DNA of 64,000 nucleotides from an uncultured delta proteobacterium. GTDB lineage: Bacteria > Myxococcota > Myxococcia > SLRQ01. The notes beneath the pieces are model-generated. The model made no database searches, had not been told where the DNA came from, and worked only from the letters and a program-made list of their open reading frames with translations. This document shows positions 47,679 through 56,677 of the stretch, piece after piece. Position numbers and translations under genes: made by a program. Every line of letters begins with the position of its first letter. Positions within the stretch are counted from its first letter, which is position 1. The stretch covers positions 274,006 to 338,005 of the forward strand of contig CAVSGM010000001.1 in the NCBI GenBank assembly GCA_963727485.1. Reading direction: 5' to 3'.

Positions 47679-49396
47679 CTACGGCGCCAGGACGTAGGTG
47701 GTGACGCTCATCGCCGGCAGGGTGTCCCGGAAGCCGTTGGCCACCACGGGCTTCAGGGTCCCCGCGGGGACGGGCGCCGGCTTCGCCCGCGTGAGGCGGA
47801 ACACCCGGGCGCCTTCGAGGCACGAGGCCCCGGAGACGCGGAGGGCCACCGTCAGCGGCGCGCTCGACTTGTTGAGGGCCACCACCGTGACCCGTCCCGG
47901 GTGGGCGGTGTCGGTGGCCGCGTAGACGGTGACCCGGGCGAGCTTTGGGGTGGTCGCCTTCACCGAGGTGTCCCCGAAGGCCAGCCCGTGGCCGTCGAGG
48001 TCCCGGTACATGGCGAAGGCCGGGTAGATGAAGGCGTGGGGCCGGTCGGCGGTCCACACCGCGGCGGCGAAGAGCCCCTCGCGGCCGAAGATCCCCAGGG
48101 CGTCGGCCTGGGCCAGGGCCCCGGAGATGTCGTCGCCGCCGCCGAAGAAGTACTCGCTGATGGCGAGCTTCGTCCCCGGGTCGTGGCGGGCGATGAGCGC
48201 GAAGAGCCGGGGGATGAGGCGGATGGGGCCGCCGGTGCCCGCGCGGCTCACCCAGGAGCCCTCGTCGTAGCCCGGATCCCAGAGCGAGCGGGTGGACTGG
48301 AGCCGGGCGGCGACCACCGCGGGGCTGGCGTCGGGGCTGGAGGTGCGCTTTCCGCCCGCGCGGACCTCCGGGTACCAGTGGACGTCGAGGACGTCGAGGA
48401 GCCGGTGGCCGCCCTCGGCGCTCGCCCGGCGCATGGCGTCGAGGTAGGCGGCGAGGAAGAACCGGCCGTGGCCGTCGGGGGCGCGCTGGAGGTTCGCCAT
48501 CCCCATCCACCCGTAGCTCGCCGGGCCGAAGGTGAGCGCCCGCCGGTCCACCGCCTTCACCGCCTGGGCCAGGGCCACCGAGCGGGAGATGAGCTCCTCG
48601 TAGCCGGTGGGGTCGGGGTGGATCCGGGCGTGGGTCGAGGGCCAGAGCGCCGGCTCGTTGTCGAGGCTGTAGAAGATCCGCGAGGGGCCCGTGTCGGCGT
48701 CGGGGAAGCGCTTCTCCAGCCAGGCCACCAGCTCGTCCTGGTAGACCACCCCGTCCTTCAGGTCCGGGGGGTAGACGAAGGGCGCGTTCTTCTTCGGGGC
48801 GTTCCGGACGAAGCGACGGTCCCGGTAGTCGGGGGTCTTCGCCACGTCGCCGTCCTTGCCCTTGTCCGCGGCGACCCGCTCGAGGAGCGGGAGGGTGACC
48901 AGGATGCTCGCCCGGTGGGCCCGGGCCTCGTCGACCCGCTCGCGCACGGCGGCCCCGGGGACGTCGCCGCCGCCGAGGAGCCCGTCGTTCTGGTGGTGCC
49001 AGTCGCTGCCGGCGTTGGAGGCGTTGTTCTCCCAGTCGTAGGTGCTCCAGCGGTTCCCCCCGGCGCGGACGAAGGTCAGGCCCTCCACCGCGCGGGTCCA
49101 CTTCCAGTCGTGGGAGAGGTTGGAGCCGTAGACGTAGGGCGAGATGGGGTGGACCGCCTCGTTCACCGAGACGTCCAGGGTCATCGCCACCCCGGGCACC
49201 CGGCCGGCCACCACGTTCGCCTGGCCCGGGCGGCAGGTGCCCGAGCCCGCCTCCGCCTGGGCGAGGGACTGGGCGGCGGCGGGGCGGGCGCCGACGGTGC
49301 AGCCGCCGACGAGGAGCGCCAGGGTGAGGACGCCCAGGGCCCGGGCCCGATCCCGGGCCTTGCCGCAGTCGCCCGGCGGAAATAACTGGCGACCAT
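47679..49396 (-). CDS. Glycoside hydrolase family 44-like lipoprotein; start codon uncertain
   Basis: About 570 aa. Lipoprotein signal ...ALGVLTLALLVGGC. The GH44-type core (NRWSTYDWENNASNAGSDW, ISEYFFGGGDD) and a C-terminal beta-sandwich both match the partial paralog at 63789..64000. There is no in-frame ATG/GTG/TTG near the signal peptide. The ATG at 49396 is one frame off and would need a 1-nt indel in the GGGCCCGGGCCC run. It also shares its AT with the divergent deacetylase start (CATG). Confidence 0.6.
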
Positions 49397-50363
49397 GACC
49401 CCTCTGTCGGCCAGCCTCCGCGCGGCCACCCGGGACGTGGTCCTGGGCGCCGGCCCCCGGCTGCCCCGGAGCGCGGTGGCCGGGCTCCTCCGGCGCGCCA
49501 CCCGTGGCCTCGAGGTGGCTCTCTGCCTCCACCGGGTGGGCCCGGTCCGGGCCACCGATCCCCTGCCGTGGATGACCATCCCGGAGGACACCCTCGACGA
49601 CTTCCTCGAGCTCGCCCGGGGTGTGAGGCTCACCGTCACCTTCGACGACGGCTACGCCGACGCGGTGGCCTGGCTCCGGGCGCGGGCGCCGCGCCACCCG
49701 GAGGTGGACTTCGTCCTCTTCGTCTGCCCCGAGAAGCTGGAGACCCGGGCGGGCTTTCGCTGGGATCTCTTCGAGCGCCGCCGCGCCGAGGGCGCCGATC
49801 CCGGGCCCCTGCGGCCCTTCGTCGACGCGCCCTTCGATCCCGGGTCGGAGAACCATCGGCCCGAGCTCGTGGGCCTCGCCGACCGGCCGGAGCTGGCGCT
49901 GGCCACCGTCGAGGCCTGCCGGGAGATGGCGGCCCTGCGAAACGTCCGCCTCGGCGACCACGGCGACACCCACCTGCGCCTCACCGGCCTCGCCCCCGAG
50001 GTCGCCCGCGCCGAGCTCGAGGCCTCGGCGGCCCACTTCGCGGCGCGCTTCGGGCCTGCCGAGGACTTCGCCTTCCCCTTCGGGGTGCCGGGGAGGGACT
50101 ACGACGGGACCCACGTGGCCACCCTGCGGAGGCTGGGCTACCGCCGGCTGTGGAGCACGGCGCCCCGGGCGTTCCGGCCCGAGGCCCGATCGGGCGAGTC
50201 AGGTGCTGCCGAGGTTTCCGGTGATGGGGAACTGGCATGCGAAGGCCCTCGCGGTGTGGGTGGCGGCGTCGGCCATGAGGCGGGGGCCCCTAGAGGACCC
50301 CGTGCTCGACGAGATAGCGGCGGGTGCGCTGGGCCAGTGACCAGGCGGGCGGGCTGGCCCTGA
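49395..50363 (+). CDS. Polysaccharide deacetylase family protein (NodB homology domain); 3' end uncertain
   Basis: 322 aa. TFDDGY motif and downstream His motifs. The last about 60 aa are Gly-rich and overlap the convergent GNAT gene by about 225 nt, suggesting a 3' frame error. Confidence 0.65.
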   Translation: MTPLSASLRAATRDVVLGAGPRLPRSAVAGLLRRATRGLEVALCLHRVGPVRATDPLPWMTIPEDTLDDFLELARGVRLTVTFDDGYADAVAWLRARAPRHPEVDFVLFVCPEKLETRAGFRWDLFERRRAEGADPGPLRPFVDAPFDPGSENHRPELVGLADRPELALATVEACREMAALRNVRLGDHGDTHLRLTGLAPEVARAELEASAAHFAARFGPAEDFAFPFGVPGRDYDGTHVATLRRLGYRRLWSTAPRAFRPEARSGESGAAEVSGDGELACEGPRGVGGGVGHEAGAPRGPRARRDSGGCAGPVTRRAGWP

Positions 50364-51283
50364 CCGCGGCGGCGAGGCCGTGGCGAACCGGAGACCAGAG
50401 GCGGCTCGCCAGGGGCAGCGTGGCCCACCGGCCCCACCACCCGGACGTCGGTGGCGTAGTGCCACTTGTAGTCCTCGTCGCCGTAGAGGAACTCGAAGCT
50501 CCGATCGCCGGCGTGGTGGCTCGCCTCGAGGAGGTGGTGGAGGAGCAGGCGGCCCGGGGCGTAGCGGGAGAGCGCCGGGTCGTAGACGGGCATCCAGTAG
50601 TGGAACCGGCCCTGCCAGGTGGCCCCGAGGTGGATCGCCGCCGGCCGGGTGCCCGCCCGGAGGACGGCGACCTGGAGCAGGCCCCGGCGCCACAGGGCGC
50701 GGAAGAGCTCGGCGTTGCGCCGGGGCGCGAGGAAGTCCGGCGCCCCGGTGCGGCGGTACTGGTCGCGCTTCCAGGTGAGGGCCAGCTCCAGGAGCTCCGG
50801 GGCCGGGTGGTGGAGGTAGAGGGCGACCGGGCCCACCTCCTCCTCGAGGCGCCGGAGGCGACGGCGGGCTTCGGAGAAGGTGTTGCGCTGCCGCGCCTTC
50901 ACCGAGGCCTCGAAGTCGGCCCACCGGGGGAAGCGCGCCCAGTCCACGAAGGGCGCGGCGCCGAAGCCGGGCTCGGGGAGGCGGCCGAGGAACACCTCCG
51001 CCGGCACCACCTCCACCACCGCGTTGCCCAGCAGGCTCAAGGGGCGCTCGGCGCCGGTGGCCGGGCCCAGGGGCGCGTGGAGATCCACGAAGGCCACGTC
51101 GGCCAGCAGCCGCCCGCCGGCCTCCACCGCCCGGTAGCGGCGGCCGTCCACCGCGAGCTCCACCAGGCGCGCCTCGGCCCCGGGGGCCCAGGCCTCGGCG
51201 AGGGCCTCGAGGAACGGCGGGGCGTCGAAGAAGGTCTCCCGGCTCGCGTCGGCGGCGAGGACTTCAGGCACGGAGGGCATCAC
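50138..51283 (-). CDS. FemAB/CelD-like GNAT-fold acyltransferase (EPS-locus type); 3' end uncertain
   Basis: 381 aa as written. BioF2/CelD-like core ending ...FEFLYGDEDYKWHYATD. After this, a -1 shifted frame gives a more protein-like tail (...ATLPLASRLWSPVRHGLAAAVRASPPAWSLAQRTRRYLVEHGVL, stop near 50290), while the in-frame tail is Gly/Pro/Arg junk. Confidence 0.6.
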   Translation of the reverse strand: MMPSVPEVLAADASRETFFDAPPFLEALAEAWAPGAEARLVELAVDGRRYRAVEAGGRLLADVAFVDLHAPLGPATGAERPLSLLGNAVVEVVPAEVFLGRLPEPGFGAAPFVDWARFPRWADFEASVKARQRNTFSEARRRLRRLEEEVGPVALYLHHPAPELLELALTWKRDQYRRTGAPDFLAPRRNAELFRALWRRGLLQVAVLRAGTRPAAIHLGATWQGRFHYWMPVYDPALSRYAPGRLLLHHLLEASHHAGDRSFEFLYGDEDYKWHYATDVRVVGPVGHAAPGEPPLVSGSPRPRRRGQGQPARLVTGPAHPPLSRRARGPLGAPASWPTPPPTPRGPSHASSPSPETSAAPDSPDRASGRNARGAVLHSRR

Positions 51284-52865
51284 GCTGTCTCCCTTCCTGG
51301 GTGGGGACCACCGGCGCCCGGCGCTTGGGCCGCGGGCGCACCTCGGCGGCCGGGGCCCGGGCCACCGCGCCCGGGGCCAGGGGGCGGTCGAGGACCACCC
51401 CGGGGCCGACCCGGGCGCCAGCGCCGATGGTGATGGGGCCGAGGAGGGTGGCGCCGGGGCCGACCTCCACGTCTCGCTCCAGGGTCGGCGCGCCCCGGAC
51501 GCGGGTGGCGGCGTCCACCGCGTCGCCCAGGGTCACGTGCTGGGCGAGGCGGACCCCCGAGGCGACCCGGGCGGCGTGGCTGATGGTCAGCCCCTGGCCG
51601 TGGTCGAGGCGCAGCCCCGGGGCCAGGTCCGCGGCCCAGTGGATCTCGGCGCCGAAGAGGTGGCGCAGGCTCCGGGAGAGGACCTGGGGCAGGAGCGGCA
51701 CCCCGGCCCGGTGGGCCGCCTGCATGGTCCGGATGAGCAGGAGCATCTGCCCCTCGGGGCGGGCGAGGAAGCGGCGCTGCGGGTGGTCCTCGCGGGCGGC
51801 GCGGGCGTCGGCGGTGACGGCGGTGGCGAGGAAGCCCAGGGCGTCGGCGACCCGGTAGCGCCGGGAGCCCGCATTGGCGGCGGCGGCGTGGCGCATCATC
51901 TCCGCGGCGGCGGCGACCAGCGACCCCGAGGCCACCCGCACCCCCCGGAAGTACTCGATGCCGTAGGCCAGCGTGGTGCCGGCGATGGCCGGGCCCTCGA
52001 GCCCCACCCGGTCCACCCCCACGGCCACGGCCATCACCCCCCGGGCGAGGTGCCGGGTGCGCCTGGGCGCCAGGACCACCGAGAGGAGCACCGGCCGGGA
52101 GACCGGGCTCACCCGGGGCAGGAACGCCCAGGGATCGGCCTCGATCACGGTCGGGTGCTTCCGGGCGATGATGTGGTCGTAGCGCCCGTAGCGGAAGGCC
52201 CGGCCGAGCCAGACGTCGAGGGCCTCGTGGTCGGAGGCGTGGATGGTGTCGGCGTCGTCCACCAGGGTGAACTCGAGGCCCCGGTCGGCGAGGCGGATGC
52301 CCAGCTCCCGGTCCTCGGAGCGCAGCAGGGTCCGGTCGAAGCCCCCGGCGGCGAGCAGGTCCACCCGGCGCACCGAGACGTTCCCGGTGGAGAGGCGAAG
52401 CGGCGAGATCGGCGCCCCCCGGAGGGCCTCGCGCTCGAAGGTGGCGAGCTGCCGGGCGTGGAAGCGTTCGAAGAGGGGCATCGTGTGGATCCCCGGCGCC
52501 GGACGGATCCGCCCCAGGACCACCCGCGGCGGGGCGGTCTCGTGGGCCAGGAGGTGGCCCTCGAGGAAGCCCGGGCGCACCTGCATGTCGTCGTCGACGA
52601 AGACCAGGATCGTCCCCTCGGCCAGCCGCGCGCCCCGGTCCCGGGCGGCCGCGGCCCCGGCGTTGGCCTGGCGCTCGAGGCGCAGGTCGTAGCGCACCGC
52701 GAGGCCGGCGAGGCCCTCGGCCGCCGGGGGATCCGAGCCGTCGTCGACCACGATCACCTCGTAGGCGTCCGGCGGGAGGGTCTGGGTGTCGAGCTGCGTC
52801 AGCAGCCGGCGAAGGGACTCCGGGCGCCCGAAGGTGGGCACCACCACCGAGACGCGGATCATCAT
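51264..52865 (-). CDS. GT2-family glycosyltransferase fused in-frame to a serine O-acetyltransferase-like (left-handed beta-helix, hexapeptide) domain
   Basis: 533 aa from ATG 52865. N-terminal MMIRVSVVVPTFGRPESL...VIVVDDGSD (GT2 DXD region). C-terminal about 170 aa with CysE-like helical region (RAGVPLLPQVLSRSLRHLFGAEIH) and hexapeptide repeats. No stop separates the two parts in the given sequence. Confidence 0.6.
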   Translation of the reverse strand: MMIRVSVVVPTFGRPESLRRLLTQLDTQTLPPDAYEVIVVDDGSDPPAAEGLAGLAVRYDLRLERQANAGAAAARDRGARLAEGTILVFVDDDMQVRPGFLEGHLLAHETAPPRVVLGRIRPAPGIHTMPLFERFHARQLATFEREALRGAPISPLRLSTGNVSVRRVDLLAAGGFDRTLLRSEDRELGIRLADRGLEFTLVDDADTIHASDHEALDVWLGRAFRYGRYDHIIARKHPTVIEADPWAFLPRVSPVSRPVLLSVVLAPRRTRHLARGVMAVAVGVDRVGLEGPAIAGTTLAYGIEYFRGVRVASGSLVAAAAEMMRHAAAANAGSRRYRVADALGFLATAVTADARAAREDHPQRRFLARPEGQMLLLIRTMQAAHRAGVPLLPQVLSRSLRHLFGAEIHWAADLAPGLRLDHGQGLTISHAARVASGVRLAQHVTLGDAVDAATRVRGAPTLERDVEVGPGATLLGPITIGAGARVGPGVVLDRPLAPGAVARAPAAEVRPRPKRRAPVVPTQEGRQRDALRA

Positions 52866-53362
52866 GGGGCCCTCGAGGCGAAGCGCCGGGGTACGGCGAC
52901 GGTCCCGAGGAAGCGGTGACGTCCCACCAGCTCCACCACCTTCCGGGCCTCGGGGACCGGGGTCTCGCCGAGGGTCACCACCAGGAGCGCGGCGTCGGCG
53001 GCGGTGGCCAGCGGCATGGCCGCCGGGCGGTAGAGGGGCGAGTCCACGGCCACCAGCCGGCTCCCTCCGCCGGGGCCCGGGTCCAGGGTGCCGAGGAGCT
53101 CCCGGGCGGCGCCGAGGGTGAGGCGGGTGGCGTCGACCACCGCCAGCCCATGGCCCTCGAACACCCGCCCCACCTCGTGGAGCGAGTTGGCGACATAGAG
53201 GCTGGTGCCCGCCTCCTCCACCGGCACCACCGCCAGGGTGCGGAAGGCCCGCTTGCGCAGGTCGAACCACACCTGCTGCCAGACCGAGAGGGGCTCGAGG
53301 GTGGGCGTGGGGCGCCGGCCCCGGCGCTTGATGTGGAAGTAGGTGGTGTCGATGTCGGACAT
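52862..53362 (-). CDS. BY-kinase (Wzc/MinD-fold) catalytic-domain homolog with a degenerate Walker A motif (no P-loop lysine) and no Tyr-rich tail
   Basis: 166 aa. Aligns with bacterial tyrosine autokinase domains (GHGLAVVDAT ~ GKRVLLIDAD; LVAVDSPLYRPAAMPLATAADAALLVVTLGETP ~ IIDTPPVLAVTDAALLA..VLLVVRAGKT). Where GEGKS/T is expected the sequence reads EEAGTS. Confidence 0.5.
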   Translation of the reverse strand: MSDIDTTYFHIKRRGRRPTPTLEPLSVWQQVWFDLRKRAFRTLAVVPVEEAGTSLYVANSLHEVGRVFEGHGLAVVDATRLTLGAARELLGTLDPGPGGGSRLVAVDSPLYRPAAMPLATAADAALLVVTLGETPVPEARKVVELVGRHRFLGTVAVPRRFASRAP

Positions 53363-53388
53363 CTTCGACTCCTGGTTCGCGGAAGGGT

Positions 53389-53931
53389 TCAGGCCGCGCT
53401 GGGCGCGGGACGGGTGTTGCGGCGGGACACGATGCGGGCGGGAACGCCCACGGCGACGGCGTCCTCGGGGACGTCGTCGAGGACCACGGCGCCGGCGCCG
53501 ATCACCGCCCGGTCGCCGACGCGCACCGGCCCCAGGATCCTGGCGCCGATGCCCACGATCACGTCGTCCCCCACCACCGGGTAGCCGTCCTCCCGGGCGG
53601 TGCCGAGGACGTTGCCCCCCATCAGGCGCACCCGGTCGCCGACCTTCGCGTCGCCGCCGACCACGGTGCCCACGGTGTGGACGAAGTAGACCCCGTGCCC
53701 CAGGCGCACCTCCCGGTCCACCTCCACCCCGTAGATCGCGGTGCCGGCGAGGCGGAGGAGGTGGGGCAGGAGCGGCACCCGGCGGCGGTGGAGCGCCACC
53801 CGGGCGCGGAAGAGGAGGTCCACCGCGAAGCTGTCGGTGGTGGCGGCGGCCAGCAGCCGCCGCACCCCGCTCCCCGGGAGGTCGGCGGCCCGGGCCAGGG
53901 CCGAGAGGTCGGCGCGGAGGGTGTCGAGCAT
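53389..53931 (-). CDS. Serine O-acetyltransferase-like hexapeptide-repeat acyltransferase
   Basis: 180 aa from ATG 53931. CysE-like N-terminal helices (HRRRVPLLPHLLRLAGTAIYGVEV) followed by hexapeptide repeats (VVGDDVIVGIGARILGPVRVGDRAVIGAGAVV). Confidence 0.75.
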   Translation of the reverse strand: MLDTLRADLSALARAADLPGSGVRRLLAAATTDSFAVDLLFRARVALHRRRVPLLPHLLRLAGTAIYGVEVDREVRLGHGVYFVHTVGTVVGGDAKVGDRVRLMGGNVLGTAREDGYPVVGDDVIVGIGARILGPVRVGDRAVIGAGAVVLDDVPEDAVAVGVPARIVSRRNTRPAPSAA

Positions 53932-55160
53932 CAGCGTTCTCCCTTGCGCGGGGTGCGGACCCAGGGGGCGGCGGCCCGGGCGTAGCGCCCCCGGCGGAGC
54001 ACCAGCTTCCAGGCGAGGTAGGCGGGGGCGGTGGCGAGCGCCATCAGGCCCCGAACGCCCAGGCCGCTGATGGCGAGGCCCCGGGCGAGGTAGACGCCGA
54101 TGGCCAGCGCGGCCCCGGCGAAGGCCACCACCGCCACCGTGGGCGTGCCCCCGGCGAGGTGGAGGCCCAGGGAGGCCATCAGCCCCAGCGCCACCAGGCC
54201 CACCAGGTCGGCCAGCGGGGGGACCAGGAGATCGAGGCCGAGGTCGAGGGCGACGAGGCTGCGCCGGCGCCAGGCGGCTCGGAGCAGCGGCCCGAGGTGG
54301 CGGCGCACCAGCGCCCGGCGGCCGCCCTCCCACCTGCGGCGCTGGCCGGCGGCGGCAGCCGGGCCCGCGGGCATCTCGCCCAGGACCCGCGCCTCGGGGA
54401 CGTAGGTCACCCGGATCCCCGCCAGCCCCAGGGCGATGCCCTGCTCGAGGTCCTCGACGATGGACCCGGCGTCGTGGGGCACGGCCCGGAGGGCGCCGGT
54501 GGTGAAGCACATGCCGTTGCCCCGCAGCCCCGCCGAGAGCCCGAGGCGGGCCCGGCCCAGGGAGCGCACCCCGTGGAAGAGGGCGAAGGCGAGGGTGAGC
54601 AGCCGGGTGCGCCAGCTCTCCAGGGGGTTGGCGACGCCGTAGTCGGCCTGGAGGGCCGTGGCCCCGGCGGCGATCCGGGCGTCGAAGGCCCGGAGGAGGT
54701 TGGGGGTGACCACGGTGTCGGCGTCGACCACCACCAGGGCGTCGGCCAGGCCGTCGTCGAGGAGCCGGGCGAAGGCAAAGGCCAGGGCCTGCCCCTTGCC
54801 CGGCCGGGCGGGGTCCACCCGGGTGAGGACCATGGCTCCGGCGCGCCGGGCCACCGCCGCGGTGTCGTCGCTGCAGTTGTCGGCGATGACCACCAGCCGG
54901 CGCCGGTCCCTGGGGTAGTCGAGGGTCTCGAGGCTCGCCAGGGTGGGGCCGAGGTTTGGCGCCTCGTCGTGGGCGGGGACCACCAGGTCGAAGCGGGTGA
55001 GACCGCGACCGGCCGGGGGCGTCCGTCCCGGGCGGGCGAGGAGGGCCAGGAGGGCGAGGTAGCCGCCGAGGACCAGGGCGAGGATCCCGAAGACCGCGAG
55101 GCCCCCCTCGCCAAGCCTCACCAGGAACCCCGCCGAGAGGGTGAGGGCCAGCTCGCTCAT
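53931..55160 (-). CDS. GT2-family glycosyltransferase with C-terminal transmembrane region
   Basis: 409 aa from ATG 55160. N-terminal TM, GT2 core (FDLVVPAHDEAPNL...VVIADNCSDDT...VVVDADTVV), QRRRW-like motif (AGQRRRWEGG), C-terminal TM helices. Confidence 0.75.
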   Translation of the reverse strand: MSELALTLSAGFLVRLGEGGLAVFGILALVLGGYLALLALLARPGRTPPAGRGLTRFDLVVPAHDEAPNLGPTLASLETLDYPRDRRRLVVIADNCSDDTAAVARRAGAMVLTRVDPARPGKGQALAFAFARLLDDGLADALVVVDADTVVTPNLLRAFDARIAAGATALQADYGVANPLESWRTRLLTLAFALFHGVRSLGRARLGLSAGLRGNGMCFTTGALRAVPHDAGSIVEDLEQGIALGLAGIRVTYVPEARVLGEMPAGPAAAAGQRRRWEGGRRALVRRHLGPLLRAAWRRRSLVALDLGLDLLVPPLADLVGLVALGLMASLGLHLAGGTPTVAVVAFAGAALAIGVYLARGLAISGLGVRGLMALATAPAYLAWKLVLRRGRYARAAAPWVRTPRKGER

Positions 55161-56677
55161 GCCGTACCTCCCTGGAGGGCCATGGCCCCCGTCCGGATCC
55201 GCGCGGTGGCCCGGGCCCCGAGGGCCCCCGACGCCACCGCCAGGTTCGCCGCCGCCCCGCCGAGGGCGCTCATCACCAGCAGCGGCATCCAGTCCTGGAG
55301 CCCGATGTCGCCGAAGGCCTGGACCTCGAAGGCGATCACCGCCACCACCGCCGCCATCGCCACCACCCGCCGCCCGGGGGTGCGGGCGAAGCGGTGGGCC
55401 CTGACCCCGATGAACAGGAGGATTGGCAGCACCATCCAGATCGCCGAGAACCCCACCAGCCCCCCGGCGGTGAGCAGCCAGAGGACGCTGTTGTGGGGGA
55501 GGAAGCGGTACTGCTTGAAGAACTGCGAGAGGTCGTAGGCGGGGACGAGCTCCTCGTAGGGGTGGCCGAACCCCCGGCCGAAGAGGGGGTGGCCGTGGAG
55601 GGTGTAGACGAGGTTGAGGTCCTCGACCTCCCGCGACTTGCTCGACGAGTCCTGCTGCTCGCCCACCGAGTGGAGGGCCTCCACCGGGGCGAAGATCTTG
55701 GAGTGGCTCCCCAGCCCCATCACCACGTAGGCGAGGAGCAGGGGGCTCGCGGCCACCCCCACCTTGAGGAAGATCCCACGCAGGGGCCGGCGCAGGAGGA
55801 GGACGAAGGCGAGGAGGGCGTAGATCAGGGCCACGTAGGCCAGGCGCCGGTCGTTGAGGATCATCACCACGCCGATGAACGGCGCCACGGTGACGAAGGC
55901 GAGCGTGCGCAGGAGGTCCCGGTGCTCCATCAGCCCGTGGAGGAGGAGCACCAGCACCAGCACGTAGAGGACCGAGTCGGAGTGGGTGGTGATGTAGTGG
56001 GCCTGGAAGCCCACCGGGCGGCAGTAGCGCAGCCAGTACCAGAGCCCGAGGAGCCCCCGGATCACCGTCACCGCCACCAGGCCCACCACCAGGACCCGGC
56101 GGACGCCGTCGGTGGAGAAGGCGTGGAGCGCGAGGACGACGAGGACCGGGAGCCAGAGGAGCTGGCGCATCTGCCACAGGGACTGCTGCACGTCGCCGCC
56201 CCGGGCGAGCCCGAAGACCTCCAGGCCCAGCACCGCCAGGAAGCACACCGCCAGGGCCAGGATCAGGGGCCGGAGCGCCGGGTCCAGGGGGGGCACCTCG
56301 CCCTTGAGCCGCCGGATCACGAGCGCCACCAGCATCAGCAACAGGCCCACCTCGAGGAGCGAGAGGTGGACGGCGCCGAAGCCGAGGGAGGTGTTGAGGT
56401 TGTCGTAGAGGAGCTTGCCCGGGGCGTAGAGGGGCGAGCGCCACCGGCCCTGCATCGGGTTCGACGAGGGGTCCGGGAGGAGCACCGACCCCAGGACCAC
56501 GGCGGTCATCAGCCAGGAGAAGGGCGCCCGGGCGAGGAGCCACACCGCGAGCACCACCAGCGCCGGCGCCAGGGCGAACACCGGCCGGGTGGCCGCGCCG
56601 AGGAAGGCGCTGGCCACCATCACCACCGGGAGCACCAGCCACAGGGTGCGGCGGCGCAGCTTTCGGGTCGGGGTCAC
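55157..56677 (-). CDS. O-antigen ligase/polymerase-like (Wzy_C domain) polytopic membrane protein
   Basis: About 506 aa. At least 10 TM helices. Periplasmic loop motif FLPHNSVLWLLTAGGLVG matches the Wzy_C signature H-N-x-x-L-x(4)-x-G-x-x-G. Probable GTG start overlapping the upstream gene's stop (GTGA). Confidence 0.7.
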   Translation of the reverse strand: MTPTRKLRRRTLWLVLPVVMVASAFLGAATRPVFALAPALVVLAVWLLARAPFSWLMTAVVLGSVLLPDPSSNPMQGRWRSPLYAPGKLLYDNLNTSLGFGAVHLSLLEVGLLLMLVALVIRRLKGEVPPLDPALRPLILALAVCFLAVLGLEVFGLARGGDVQQSLWQMRQLLWLPVLVVLALHAFSTDGVRRVLVVGLVAVTVIRGLLGLWYWLRYCRPVGFQAHYITTHSDSVLYVLVLVLLLHGLMEHRDLLRTLAFVTVAPFIGVVMILNDRRLAYVALIYALLAFVLLLRRPLRGIFLKVGVAASPLLLAYVVMGLGSHSKIFAPVEALHSVGEQQDSSSKSREVEDLNLVYTLHGHPLFGRGFGHPYEELVPAYDLSQFFKQYRFLPHNSVLWLLTAGGLVGFSAIWMVLPILLFIGVRAHRFARTPGRRVVAMAAVVAVIAFEVQAFGDIGLQDWMPLLVMSALGGAAANLAVASGALGARATARIRTGAMALQGGTA

